NCBI GenBank assembly: GCA_049512075.1 | Contig: JBEKXL010000010.1 | Span: 10,775 to 74,774, forward strand | Origin: Candidatus Bathyarchaeia archaeon | Lineage (GTDB): Archaea > Thermoproteota > Bathyarchaeia > Bathyarchaeales > Bathycorpusculaceae | Length of the DNA: 64,000 nt | Direction: 5' to 3' | Shown: in pieces, positions 37,661 to 48,471 of the stretch | How positions within the stretch are numbered: position 1 is the first letter of the stretch | Layout of the letters: every line of letters starts with the position of its first letter | Made by a program: the position numbers and the translations under genes | The notes under the pieces: model-generated | Seen by the model: only the letters and a program-made list of their open reading frames with translations | Told to the model about the DNA's origin: nothing | Database searches by the model: none

Positions 37661-37819
37661 TAACGGCAACTCCTTTCTCTCTTTGAAGTGAAGAAGCAAG
37701 AGCATCAAAATGAAGGTTGCGATAGCCATCAATAGGCATCATTTTGCACGCGTTAGGTGGCTCAATACTAACGTCATTCTATTCTCGCGCGTTCCGTTCG
37801 AAGTATTCGTTGCGCCTCC

Positions 37820-38332
37820 CTATGAAGCGGGGACTCTTAGACGTTCCTGCCTCTTTTCCTCGGTTGGCCCAATGTTGACGGCGCCTTTTTGTGGTCCAAT
37901 CGTTTCCTTCCGTTCAGCTATGTCAAAGTTTCCCCTGTCTCGCTTGAGGATTCTTGCTTTTTCTGGAAGTCTGCCTTTTTCGTAGTCTCGCCAGCCGATT
38001 TCCTTGAATATCCATCTTTTGCCCAGATGTGCCGCGAGCACGGCGTGTTTGTGTAGATTGTCGGTGGGAACGAGTTCATTCAGGAATCTGAAGAGTTTTT
38101 CGATTTGTTGTTTCGGAAAGTAGGCGTAGTACTTTGCGTTTTTGACTTCGAAGGCATACATGTCTGAGTTCTTTCTTGCCATTATGTCTGGCAGAGGGTT
38201 GAGGCTTGGATTGCTGACTGGAACACGTACAGCGTTGTATCCGTTTTTTTGCAAAAGTTTTACGAGAGCGTTTTCGGTGTAGAAGCCCCTCTTTCGCCAT
38301 CTGCGAATGGCATCTTTGTCAACCTGCTTCAC
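37820..38332 (-). CDS. Hjc-like Holliday junction resolvase family nuclease
   Basis: RG..TEN.LV..L, PDIMA, FEVK. Confidence 0.7.
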   Translation of the reverse strand: MKQVDKDAIRRWRKRGFYTENALVKLLQKNGYNAVRVPVSNPSLNPLPDIMARKNSDMYAFEVKNAKYYAYFPKQQIEKLFRFLNELVPTDNLHKHAVLAAHLGKRWIFKEIGWRDYEKGRLPEKARILKRDRGNFDIAERKETIGPQKGAVNIGPTEEKRQERLRVPAS

Positions 38333-38390
38333 TGATAGCTTTTCTCCCAGTCTAGAGGATTTGCAGCTTTGGTTTGTGTTTGCTGCCTCC

Positions 38391-40643
38391 TCAGTTCTGA
38401 GGGTTCCTATGGTTCTTGTGCTTATAAGTCTGAACTGGAACTCTGAGCATTGGTTTGTCGACCAAGCATTCTCTCAAGTAGTCGTCGAGGGTTGCTGCTG
38501 GAACAACTTCTATCGTGTAGTCGTTAACGTCGATGGAGTTTTCGAAGTTTTTCTGTGGAATGACCACCTTCTTGAATCCCCAAGCTTCTGCGGCCTTTAT
38601 TTTCTCGTTAACGCCTCCTACAGCTGTTACGTGAATGGAGTCTCCGACGCCCAGGTTGATTTCCCCTGTGACTGCCACGTCTTGTCTGACAGGTTTTCCT
38701 TCGATGAGCGAGCACAGAAGTATGGTCATTGATACGCCTGCCGATGGTCCGTCCACACCGTAAGACTGGGCGAAGTCAATGTGGGTCAGGTAGTCTTGGG
38801 CTATGTCCGCGCCGTATTTTTGCAGTATTACGCTTCTGACCTTGGCGATGCTGTCTGAAATGAAGCTTTGGCCTTTTGCTACTCCGGTGACTTTGTAGTA
38901 GCCCTTGAAAGAGTAGTTTCTTGGAAGCTCGCTTCTCTTGACCATCTGGGCCTTCACGTTTAGGACGCTGCCTGTCATTTCGCCGCTGTAAGGATCTTTA
39001 ACGACTGCCAACCCGTGAATTTGGCCGAGTTTGACCCCTTTCGGCTTTATTTCTAGGAGCTTTCCCCTTTCGTTCATGTCGTGTTCTAGCATTTGCCTCT
39101 GTATGGTCTTGCAGTGTTGTCCAACGGCTTCTAGCACGTGTCTTCTTTCGACGCTTTTGCTGTCTTCGTTGGTTGCAAGCGTTGAAGCGGTTTTTATTAT
39201 GGAGATTAGAGTTCTGAAACGGGTTGTCAACGCGTCTTTTTTGTCACTTTTGCGTCGGCCTTCTTCGACTATTTCGAGGCATGCTTCTCGGCTGAATGGA
39301 ATGAGGTTGAATCGTTTTACCTCTTGCGCTATGAACTGCACGTATCTGCGTCGGTTTTCCACGGTGTTAGGCATATCATTGTTCATTCTGACGACTTTGC
39401 CGTAGCCGTAGATCCTGTCCATCAATGCTGGGTGAAGCTGGCCTATGCTGTCGAAGTTGCCCGCGCCGACGAGGAATGTTATTGTGGGAACAGGTTCTGT
39501 TGAGACGGCCATGGCTGCTGTGTCGCTACCGCCAAATCTACCTCGCAACGTTATAGGGAGTTTTCCGTCTTCGAGCACCGTTAAGAGTGTCACTGCTTCT
39601 TCAGGGTCAAGGTTTTTTATCTCGTCGATGTATAAGATGCCGAGGGACGCGATATGCACGTCTCCAGCGCTGACTCTTTGGTGTTCAGGTGTTCCCAAGC
39701 CCCCTGTTTGGTATGGATCCCATGCGATTGAGCCGAAGAGTTGCGCGCTTTTGTGACCAGTTGCATCTATGAACGGAGCGTGGCCAGAGGTGTTGTCAAC
39801 GATGAGTTTCGGGACATCTGTCTGCTGAGCCCCACCGATGCCCTTCATGTTTCCCATGCCTCCCATCTTCGAGAACCACCAAAGGAAGACTCCGAAGAAA
39901 ATTAGGCTCCCACCGGGTATGAATGTTAAGGGTACGAGACCCACGAACCTTTGTACGAGGAAATCTGAGAAACCGCTGTAGGTGCTGCGGAGGGCGTCGC
40001 TGGCCCCTTGCCACATCTGCCAAGCCTGAAACATGAAGTAGAATCCCAAGCCTATCAAGAATAGGCCCAGCACTATCATGAATATTTGTAGAGCCTTGAA
40101 CCCCACTTTTGTAAGGAATTTTCTCTTGAGATCTCTAAGCTGTTCTTTCTGGATGATTTTCTTTGCTTCTCCTGCCTTGTGGATGGATATTTTAGGTTGG
40201 CTCGGCAGCAACTGGTTTTTCCAACAGACAGCGTCAAACAGCTTTATGCCGTTCTCTTTGTAGACTTGGGTAAGTTTTTCTGCCAGTGCTTTGCCAATGA
40301 GCGATTTGCCGGTTCCAGGGTCTCCCAGCAGGAGAAGATAAGGCCCTGGGCTGATTACGGTTTTGACAGCATGGTTAGATTTGTCCGCCGTGCTCCAACT
40401 TTCGTACCACTTGTTTTCCTCTAGCCATTTGAGCTTATGCACCCATTCGTCCAAGCATAAGAAGCATTCTTTGAGCGCTTGTTCCTGTCCTATAGCCCAA
40501 TTTATCAGATTGTCATCTACTGGGAAACCTTCGGTGTTCTTGAAGTTTCCCCAGTCCCATTGTACATTGACCTTTCTCCCGTCCACGTTCCTTTCGAGCG
40601 TTTCAACCTCGTTCCCGAAACCGTCGATAGACAAACATGCCAC
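38391..40643 (-). CDS. lonB: Membrane-bound ATP-dependent Lon protease (LonB)
   Basis: GDPGTGKS, two TMs inside the AAA domain, LYIDEI, DGPSAG, GGVNEKIKAA. Confidence 0.92.
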   Translation of the reverse strand: MACLSIDGFGNEVETLERNVDGRKVNVQWDWGNFKNTEGFPVDDNLINWAIGQEQALKECFLCLDEWVHKLKWLEENKWYESWSTADKSNHAVKTVISPGPYLLLLGDPGTGKSLIGKALAEKLTQVYKENGIKLFDAVCWKNQLLPSQPKISIHKAGEAKKIIQKEQLRDLKRKFLTKVGFKALQIFMIVLGLFLIGLGFYFMFQAWQMWQGASDALRSTYSGFSDFLVQRFVGLVPLTFIPGGSLIFFGVFLWWFSKMGGMGNMKGIGGAQQTDVPKLIVDNTSGHAPFIDATGHKSAQLFGSIAWDPYQTGGLGTPEHQRVSAGDVHIASLGILYIDEIKNLDPEEAVTLLTVLEDGKLPITLRGRFGGSDTAAMAVSTEPVPTITFLVGAGNFDSIGQLHPALMDRIYGYGKVVRMNNDMPNTVENRRRYVQFIAQEVKRFNLIPFSREACLEIVEEGRRKSDKKDALTTRFRTLISIIKTASTLATNEDSKSVERRHVLEAVGQHCKTIQRQMLEHDMNERGKLLEIKPKGVKLGQIHGLAVVKDPYSGEMTGSVLNVKAQMVKRSELPRNYSFKGYYKVTGVAKGQSFISDSIAKVRSVILQKYGADIAQDYLTHIDFAQSYGVDGPSAGVSMTILLCSLIEGKPVRQDVAVTGEINLGVGDSIHVTAVGGVNEKIKAAEAWGFKKVVIPQKNFENSIDVNDYTIEVVPAATLDDYLRECLVDKPMLRVPVQTYKHKNHRNPQN

Positions 40644-40999
40644 CTACTGTGACCTTTCTCTATCAGAACACGTCGTGATGGAGAATTAAAGCGGTTATTT
40701 CGAAATCTGCAATATGAAGAAACTGATAACATACCGCTAGCCAAATGCTGAAGTGCAGCGTATGACCAGTGTTTTGAACGAGTTTCCGATTTGACTGTTT
40801 TTCTGTTTGGCCAGCTTTTCCTGCCCTTTTCTCTGCAACTGCTGCGTTTCGAAGCTGTTACTGTTCGAAGGTTGACCTTTCGAAAAAGGCTCAGTTTTTC
40901 CTCATCTGGGACAAAATCGCAAAGCCTGAATCAGGCCCAAATTTCAAAAAGGAACCCTTTTCAACCCGTTCTGTCAAGCTTAGCGCGCGCTTAAACGAA

Positions 41000-42010
41000 T
41001 CATGCTTAAAAGCTAGTTTCGACTGTAAGCTTGGTTCTGAATGGATAAATTGTCGATACTATCTCCACTTTGATCCTAGGAAAGTGAAATACAAACCTAG
41101 TAGGTAGTGAGAATCTTAATCGTGGTACTCTAGCAGAAATAAGTAGACATTCTAAGAAGAAGGATGAAGATGGTTTACGCAAATATTTTGAAAACCACGA
41201 ATATGTATAGTTTATAACTAGATCATTAGATATTAGAGAGAAGGTTCTAGGCCCTTTCCAACTGTCTGATCAGGCATTGATTTTTGATAAAAGAATGCTC
41301 ATTTCTCAAAGTTTTCAGCACTAACAGTTTAACTAGAATGTGCAGTTTTAGATCCTCTTAAAGCATGTATAAAACCAGTATCCTCAGAGTATTTTTCTGG
41401 TAGTCAAAAATGAATAGACTAGAATTACTCTTCTTTAACAGAATAGAACTATTAGCTTAGAGAACTAGACAGTGTTTAGAGACTGGATACGTGGATGGCT
41501 AGGGCCTCATACAAATACTGTCGATAATCTCCATGCGAAGCAAAGTGTTAACTGCCAATGTTAATTGTACTATGAACCATTATGTGCAGAATTCCACTGT
41601 TCCCAGGATCCAGTGAAAACTTGGCTGTTTAAACAGCCCATGCACTAGTATTACTAAAGGAACGTAGACTCTAGAACTTATAGAGAGAGAGTCGGAGTGA
41701 CGTTAGTAGTGCAGCGTTACCGTTACCGTTACTTTGGTACATTCATCATATTTACTTCAATGCTTCTATGGACTTTATACATGCTTTTTCGGTGACTATT
41801 CGTATCCATGGTAAACTTACTCTTTTTAACATAGTCAAAAGCGAAGTATTTACGTTTTTATGGAGACTAAGCCTTGAATGTCACCCATGCCATAAGAACC
41901 CAAGTTTACAGTCTAAAGCTACAATAGGACTCTATTCGAGTTTCTAGGCTTAATGTTGACCGTGGCCTTATAGAAAAACCGGCGAAAATCTCCATGCGAA
42001 AGCTCCGCCC
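41000..42010. promoter_or_regulatory. ORF-free AT-rich region, candidate replication origin
   Basis: No ORF of 60 aa or more; TCCAGTGAAAAC at 41609; repeat AATCTCCATGCGAA at 41526 and 41987; 13 CTAG. Confidence 0.3.
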
Positions 42011-42270
42011 TATACTTCGGGGTTACTTCGAGCCTCTGACAGGCTTTCCTCCTAGGGAATTATCAGTAGTATCGATCCTGGTTATGCAGCTAACGCGTGT
42101 CCAGTGCCAAGGCGTTACTGGTTGGTCAGGGTTGAACAAATGAAGGTTGAGGCATGGTTTTTGTGTTCCTAGGCTACGGAGAAGGAGGCAAACTAGATTC
42201 TGGGTGTTCCAGGGATGTTGAGTTTCTCCTTGTTGAGAGTGTCTATGCACGGCAGCAGGCGCAGGGATAC

Positions 42271-42555
42271 TCGTTGATGCTTCTGTATACGATTCGGGAA
42301 GCTGGTTTTGAGGTCTCACCAAGATTTTGCGTTTGGTGCCATGGGGCTGAACATGCTTTTTTCTTGACGGTTTTCCATGAGTGCAGCAAGTTGCACTGTC
42401 TGCTATAGGCTATATGGCCAATGTTTTCGCTCGTCTCAGATGCAGATTTTACTGTTTGGTGACTGTGGTTGTATAGGTATTACTTGTAGTTTCAACATTT
42501 CACCAGCTTCTCCTCTAGAGAAGGAGCGAAGGGCTGTATACAAAAGCATCAACGA
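42271..42555. repeat. Inverted pair of a 20-bp motif flanking 245 bp
   Basis: TCGTTGATGCTTCTGTATAC at 42271-42290 and GTATACAAAAGCATCAACGA at 42536-42555 (19/20 match as inverted repeats). Confidence 0.85.
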
Positions 42556-42631
42556 AAGTTCCCAGTTCTGAATTCTTCGACAGCCAGCGGAGCTGAAAAG
42601 TATTAAAGTGGTTTTGACCTAAGTCTGGCTT

Positions 42632-43180
42632 ATGAAAACTGCACAAGTTTTAAAAGAGTTTTCTGTCACGGGCGGACACAAAATTGTTCTGAGAACTCCC
42701 AGGTGGGAGGACCTGGATGATCTGCTGGAGCTTATCAACTCGGTCGTCGACGAAGGGGCCGAGATAAGCAGGGATGAGAAGGTTTCGAGAGAGGAGGAGA
42801 TAGATTGGCTTTCGGGACTACTAGCTCGCTTAGAGAGAGGCAAGACCTTTTTCCTAGTTGCCGAGGTCAAAGGCAGAATCATCGCGTCTTCCGATATCAA
42901 CCGGCAGATTGGATTTCAGAAGCATGTCGGCGTGGCTGGTATAGTCATTAAGAAGGGTTTCAGAGAGTTAGGCATCGGAACTGCGATGATGCGCGTCTTG
43001 ATTGAGCAGGCAAAAAAGATGGGTATGGAGATTTTGACTCTTACCGCCTTCGCAAATAACAAGCGAGCGATACACGTTTATGAGAAGGTTGGGTTCGTGC
43101 AGACTGGTCTGATTCCGAAGAAGCATTTGAAGCAAGGCAAATACATAGATGAAGTGATAATGACCAAGCTGTTGGAGTGA
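42632..43180 (+). CDS. GNAT family N-acetyltransferase
   Basis: FRELGIGTAMM, NKRAIHVYEKVGF. Confidence 0.9.
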   Translation: MKTAQVLKEFSVTGGHKIVLRTPRWEDLDDLLELINSVVDEGAEISRDEKVSREEEIDWLSGLLARLERGKTFFLVAEVKGRIIASSDINRQIGFQKHVGVAGIVIKKGFRELGIGTAMMRVLIEQAKKMGMEILTLTAFANNKRAIHVYEKVGFVQTGLIPKKHLKQGKYIDEVIMTKLLE

Positions 43181-43187
43181 AGCTGCC

Positions 43188-43604
43188 ATGGCAGACTTTA
43201 AGGTTTTCAACATGAACATCAGCTTTGCCACAAAGGGAGAGATAGAATTCATAGATTTGACTGACCAGATTCAGGCCGCCGTTGCTAAGTCACGAATCAA
43301 GAACGGAATGGTGCACGTGTTTGCGCCACACGCTACGGGGGTGATTATCCTTACGGAAAACGAGCAGGGCCTGTTGGAAGACATCAGAAAATTCCTCGAA
43401 ACGACCGTTCCAAGGAACGGAAACTATGTTCACCCTTCTAACGCACACTCACACCTGCGATCGATGCTGCTGCCTCCTGACAGAACGCTCCCTGTCATTA
43501 ACGGTCATGCAGAGTTTGGAACGTGGCAATCGCTCATGTTCGTAGAAACAGACGTTTACCCGAGGAGACGGACAGTGATCGTTCAAGTCATGGGCGAGCC
43601 CTAG
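43188..43604 (+). CDS. yjbQ: YjbQ/UPF0047 family protein
   Basis: PHAT, NAHSHLRS, GTWQ, ETD..PR.R. Confidence 0.9.
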   Translation: MADFKVFNMNISFATKGEIEFIDLTDQIQAAVAKSRIKNGMVHVFAPHATGVIILTENEQGLLEDIRKFLETTVPRNGNYVHPSNAHSHLRSMLLPPDRTLPVINGHAEFGTWQSLMFVETDVYPRRRTVIVQVMGEP

Positions 43605-44291
43605 ACTGGCCCACGGAGTAGATGAGGGACGGAGCCCTAAATTTGGCGGCGCAAACCCTTTTTGGACCTTGGTCCGACGCTTATCCCTGCAGAAAACGCC
43701 ATGACTCCACTCAAGGTTGCACAGACTTTTCCGACTTGCGGTACTCTTGGCGTGCGGGAAAAGGAATGAACAGACGGATTAGCCAAAGCGCCGTTGAACT
43801 TGCTTCGTTAAGCCTTGCACATCGCCCACGTTCGACATTGGGACGCGTGGTGGGTGCGCCCTCTTTTTCTTTCAGGCGTCTCTGGGTTCGCGTCAATTCT
43901 GTTCTTCAAACTTCACAGGCCATGGTTGGATTGACGGTTTTGCGGCATTCCGGCTGGAAGGATTGGCGCGTGGTTTAGCTGTTTCTGCAAATTTCCACGT
44001 ATTCGATTACATTTCGGGCCTACTGAAGGACGGTAGCTTCGTGGAATCTTCTGGATAGCAAGAATGCGGCCATTGAACATCCTTCTTCGAAGCGTTTGGC
44101 ATTGATAAAGAGCGAAAACAGTATTGCCATTAAGCAAATAATGATGATGTCTTTGTCGGCAGCCCATGTATTTATAAGCTTCGAGAAGTTTCGAATACCC
44201 TTTTTTGCTGCATCGCCAGCGATAATAGAAAAACGGTTATTAGTTTGCCCTCCGTCTCAACTTCGCTGTTGGGGATAAGTGTGCTTGTCGT

Positions 44292-45128
44292 TTGAGATAC
44301 AGGACTTGCCAGACATTATCAGGGGTAATTGCGCTGATAAACTTGAGCAGAGAAACCAGGGTGCAGAAGTCTTTGCTCAAGCACAGGATAGACAGGGTCT
44401 ATGTAAACGACGTGTGCGTTGAAATGGAGGACTTCGACAGAACCCTCGGCGAGATGGTTTCAGAAGGACTAATCCTCGAAGAAGGGGAGATGGTGCAACT
44501 CACCGACAAAGGTACCAAGCTTGGCAAGGAGTGGCAGAGCTTGCTGTTGATGAAAGAGCCTATCATTGAGGTTGTGGCAGGGTTGGTTGATGGTTCAATC
44601 ACGGGGCTTGTTGTAATCCTTTCAGCTTTCATCGCTGGCTTGACTGTTAAGGCCGCTGCTTTTGCCGCGTTCCTCACGTTATCATCTGTTGCAATAACCA
44701 ATTTCTAGAGTTTTTTCCTCGGAGGAATAACCGAGGGCCTAGCTGACATGATGACGCTCCAAACACTGATGAACTACAGTTTGAGTGACATTCCAGACAA
44801 GAGCGAGCGAGAAAAGTCGCTGATGCTCGTCAAGCACTTGTTTACAGTCCTGCACAAGGACATAAACCGTTCAAACCTTCTTGCAGCCTTGATATGCGGC
44901 ACAACCTCTTTCACGGCGGGCATAATACCAATAATGGTCTACTTCGTTTTAACGAAACCCCTGAACATTATCCTATCCCTCGCCATAGTTGCCACGGTTA
45001 CGGGCTTCTTTCTGGTTCGCTACCGCTACAAAAAGTCCAAGGTACATTGGAAGATAACACTGCTCGAAACGGCCGTAATCGTCCTGATCCCTGTCATCGT
45101 CTCACTGCTAATCGGAGGCATCGCCTGA
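44292..45128 (+). pseudogene. wHTH plus VIT1/CCC1-like membrane protein interrupted by an in-frame TAG
   Basis: GLVDGSITGL motif; TAG at 44706-44708 is followed in frame by SFFLGGITEGLAD and ORF 44748..45128. Confidence 0.75.
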
Positions 45129-45525
45129 GCCTTGAAGTTTCAGCCATGTCTCGATGAAGATGGCCTCCTGGAAAGCACGCCCAAAAGATTAACGCCGCAT
45201 TTTCGTTCATGCTTCACAGGGGCCAGAATGGTCAAATTTAAAACTTTAACCAAATTGAGTCGCATTTCGTAATTTAGATTTGCCTGTTTTTTGTAAATTC
45301 TGGAGGGTCCACGTTTCTTCGAGTGAAAAACTGTGAACAGGTTGATATTCCAAGGGTGTTTCAGTCAGCAGTCACGTTGAGGCCATTGTTAATTGCTCGA
45401 ATAGTTCTGTGGTGGACAGGCTTAAACGATGCCTGGACTCGTTAGGCAGGAGTCCAACAAGTTGCCGCTTCGCTGATCTCTTAAATACTTCGGCAAGCTT
45501 CGAAGCCTCATGATAGCGCAGACCT

Positions 45526-46593
45526 CTAGCTGAGGTTCGGCAGAGGTGTTTTCGTTCCTTGGCCTTTTCCCAGCAATAGTCCTATGCCTGCCCATTGAAA
45601 AACGAAGTAGGACACGACTAGTTTGAACCATAGGGTTACGACCCTCGTTAGCAGAGTTGCGGAGACGCTGATGGCAGCTGGGATGCCGAGTAAGGCGTAA
45701 GAGCCGCTTACTATTATTTCCGTGAAGCCTAGGAAGGACACTCCTACGGCTTGCAGGCTTCCTGTCAGGGCGTACACAATGAGCACCTTGTCCACTGGCG
45801 CAGGGTATCCCAGCGAAGCAAAGGTTAAGAAGGTTATCGAAATGTCAAAACCCCACGCTAGAAGAGAGAGTGAAATCGGTCGGGCTAGGGCCTTAGGATT
45901 GGCACTTAGAGTCCGTATTCCTTCATGAAACCTTTTCAGCAGTTGTTCTGCTCTCTCTCGGAAATCTTGGGGGTTCCAGCGATCTCTCAGTACAAAGCAT
46001 CCGGCGCGAACAATCCAGCCAAGTATCTTTCCTGTTGCCTTCTCGTTAGCGCTCAAGTATAGGATCATGAAGAGTGAAAAGACTGTTAAGAACAAGACGA
46101 CAGTAACGAACAGGAGTACATTGCTTGAAGGAGTGTAGTTCAACGCCAAGAGAGCCAAACCAAAAATCAGGCTGCCGACTGTAACCGCTGTCACGATGAT
46201 TTTTTGACTAACAACGGAAGCTACAATTCTCCCCGGTTCCTGACCTGAAGACTTAGACAGCATGTAGGCCTTTGAAAGGTCTCCGCTCCAGCCTGGATCT
46301 GGAACGACGCTGTCAAAGAACATGCCTGCCCATGCGAACAGCAGGACTTCACGAATCTTGGTCTTTATGTCGAGGTTGCGTAGCAGACTTCGCCAAGCCA
46401 GCGTGTAGAACAACACGCTTGCCAAGAAGGCAACGAAGGCTGAGGTGTACCAGAAAAGGTTTGTATGTTTGATTACGTCCACAACGTTTACGGTGCCTAT
46501 ATAATAGTAGAGATAAAGAACAAGCACGGCTAACCCGATGCCGACAAATAGAAGAATCCTTCTGGTAAGCCGGGGCTTCGGCGCTACGCTCAT
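45526..46593 (-). CDS. Lysylphosphatidylglycerol-synthase TM domain (flippase-like) protein
   Basis: LAWRSLL, GDLSKAYML, LGFTE, LLTRVVTLW; multiple TMs. Confidence 0.85.
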   Translation of the reverse strand: MSVAPKPRLTRRILLFVGIGLAVLVLYLYYYIGTVNVVDVIKHTNLFWYTSAFVAFLASVLFYTLAWRSLLRNLDIKTKIREVLLFAWAGMFFDSVVPDPGWSGDLSKAYMLSKSSGQEPGRIVASVVSQKIIVTAVTVGSLIFGLALLALNYTPSSNVLLFVTVVLFLTVFSLFMILYLSANEKATGKILGWIVRAGCFVLRDRWNPQDFRERAEQLLKRFHEGIRTLSANPKALARPISLSLLAWGFDISITFLTFASLGYPAPVDKVLIVYALTGSLQAVGVSFLGFTEIIVSGSYALLGIPAAISVSATLLTRVVTLWFKLVVSYFVFQWAGIGLLLGKGQGTKTPLPNLS

Positions 46594-46911
46594 GCAGCCG
46601 TTTCCTCTGTGTTGGTGAAGGCCTGAGAACAGTTAAATGCTTATTGCTTTTCACCGTCAAAAACACGAGACTTGCTGTCTAGATGTGCCAAGTGGGCAGG
46701 TAAATGTGCAATCTTTCAACGTGCGTCAGAGGCTTTCTCTGAAGTCTCGTATTCTGTCCTCCAAACCCGATTTGCCCATTATGGGTTTATCAGAACCTTT
46801 TCGATATTCGTCCGCGATTTGAGATTCGACGCCGCTCTCCTTCTTCTCAATTGTTTTCAGGTGCGTGTGTCTTTTATATACTGAAATCATTGTTGTTATG
46901 TTTGTGTCCGT

Positions 46912-47367
46912 ATGAGCGAAGACGTCTTTGAGAAACCGTTAGTAATGAAGGATTTTTTGAAAGAAAGAAGGAAAGCAAAGGCCAAGAAACCGAGGAAACC
47001 CAGGCTGTATGAGAAGGTGAAGAGGGTACCAGAATCTAAGAGACAGAAGCGACATAGTAAGTATTCAGAACTGGTCAATGCGATAGCTAAAGAGAAGGAG
47101 GGGACCTACAAAGTGTTGTTGCATTCCATAAAAGAAGATCTAACACCCTGGGGTGCATACCCTTCAATTGAGAAGGTGTTGATTCAAATAGCCAAGCGTG
47201 ATGGAGTGGACTTTAGCATGGCCGTCAGAAGGCAGGTTCAGACCAAGAGGGGGATGAGGACCTACGTTTCCTATCCCGAATACGTCAAGTGGAAAGAAGG
47301 TAATTTGAGGCTGAGAATAGTAAACGGGGAGCTCTTCATAGAGAAGAAGACGGACAGACCGCTCTGA
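46912..47367 (+). CDS. Basic hypothetical protein
   Basis: 151-aa Lys/Arg-rich ORF. Confidence 0.55.
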   Translation: MSEDVFEKPLVMKDFLKERRKAKAKKPRKPRLYEKVKRVPESKRQKRHSKYSELVNAIAKEKEGTYKVLLHSIKEDLTPWGAYPSIEKVLIQIAKRDGVDFSMAVRRQVQTKRGMRTYVSYPEYVKWKEGNLRLRIVNGELFIEKKTDRPL

Positions 47368-48203
47368 GCATTTGGGTATTCGGGCACTGTGCTTATCTGA
47401 ATCCTGTAGAAGTGCGAGAGATTCATCCATGCCTCGTTTGAAGAGTCAGTTCCGTGAATGTAGATTGGATAAGTCCTGTTCGGATAATCGATGTCTTCTT
47501 TCACGTAGCCATACAAGCTGTAGAAATCACTGTTTTCTGCCTCAAAACTATCTTTATTGCAGTAAAGATTCAGTAATGGGCCACCCCAGCTCGCAATCTC
47601 CCTGAATTCCAGATGCAGAAAATTGCTCATTTGGATTGCGTAGTGGTTTTTATCGGTGTCAAGGATTTTGATGTCGCTGAAAGATCAGTAGGATAAATGG
47701 TAGTCTTGATCCGCGTCATCGGTGATACCGTAGCCCGTGCGGTTTTGTGTGAACCAGATGCCCAAATCTCTTATCTGGACCCCGTTCCTTTGTCCTTGTA
47801 TGGGTATTGCATCCATGCTGGGCCTGGTTACCTTCAGAACCGTACCTTTTAGGTAGACGGGTGGATCATCAGGAAGCCCCGAAGGAGTGTTAGCGGAGGC
47901 TCCTTCCAATATGACTCCGTCGCGATCAATGGTTATCCAGCCTTCGTAGTCGCCCGGTTTCAGGTGGATTATGCCGCCTCCGCCGGGCATAGCATCTAAG
48001 GCCTCTTGGAAGAGTTGAGTGAAATTTGTGCCGGAAAAATCAATGGACCCTGTTGAACCATTTTGGGCATAATAGTAGGATCCTTCGACCCATACAGTGT
48101 AGCAACTGTTGACCACATTTGGACCGGAATTAGGGGGAATTTGGCCAACGCGCAAAGCTCCAACAACGTAGCCTATAGTGGCTGCTAGCAAGACCCCCAG
48201 CAC
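47365..48203 (-). pseudogene. Truncated pectin-lyase-like (beta-helix) secreted protein with in-frame TGA
   Basis: YYAQNGSTG.I, FQEALDAMPGGGGIIHLKPGDY; TGA at 47685-47687 continues in frame into ORF 47271..47630. Confidence 0.65.
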
Positions 48204-48234
48204 AATAGAAGCGCGCGCGCTAAAACTTCGTACT

Positions 48235-48280
48235 CGTTTGCCGAAAGGATAACTTGATATTCCTTAGGGAATCAAAATGA
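48235..48280 (+). pseudogene. 3'-terminal remnant of an integrase gene
   Basis: 41/46 identical to 55626-55671, the end of the intact integrase. Confidence 0.85.
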
Positions 48281-48320
48281 ATGAGACTTACCAAAAAAAG
48301 CACACCAACCAATGAAAAGC

Positions 48321-48335
48321 GGCCGGGGTGAGGTA
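48321..48335 (+). repeat. attL: 15-bp copy of the tRNA-His 5' end
   Basis: GGCCGGGGTGAGGTA identical to 55721-55735. Confidence 0.85.
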
Positions 48336-48390
48336 CACTCGGCATAGTCGGGTGAAGTCTCCCACAAGCAATTCTCTTTTTTTGTGTGCC

Positions 48391-48419
48391 TCGTTGATGC
48401 TTTTGTATACGGGACCATT
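48391..48419 (+). repeat. Copy of the 20-bp intergenic motif
   Basis: TCGTTGATGCTTTTGTATACGGGACCATT. Confidence 0.85.
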
Positions 48420-48471
48420 GATAGTTGAACCAAATACATGGGAAATGAAACAATAGGGTGGTATTATATCA

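Noticed and set aside
41041-41950. Gene hidden by TAG recoding
   Set aside because: The plus-strand frames checked at the start of the region also hit TGA or TAA quickly; TAG abundance is explained by CTAG words. Minus-strand frames were not fully checked.
43622-44278. Short ORFs between yjbQ and the VIT1-like gene
   Set aside because: Conflicting overlaps and no recognisable motifs.
47685-47687. Selenocysteine codon
   Set aside because: Gene is truncated and not a redox family; a nonsense change is simpler.
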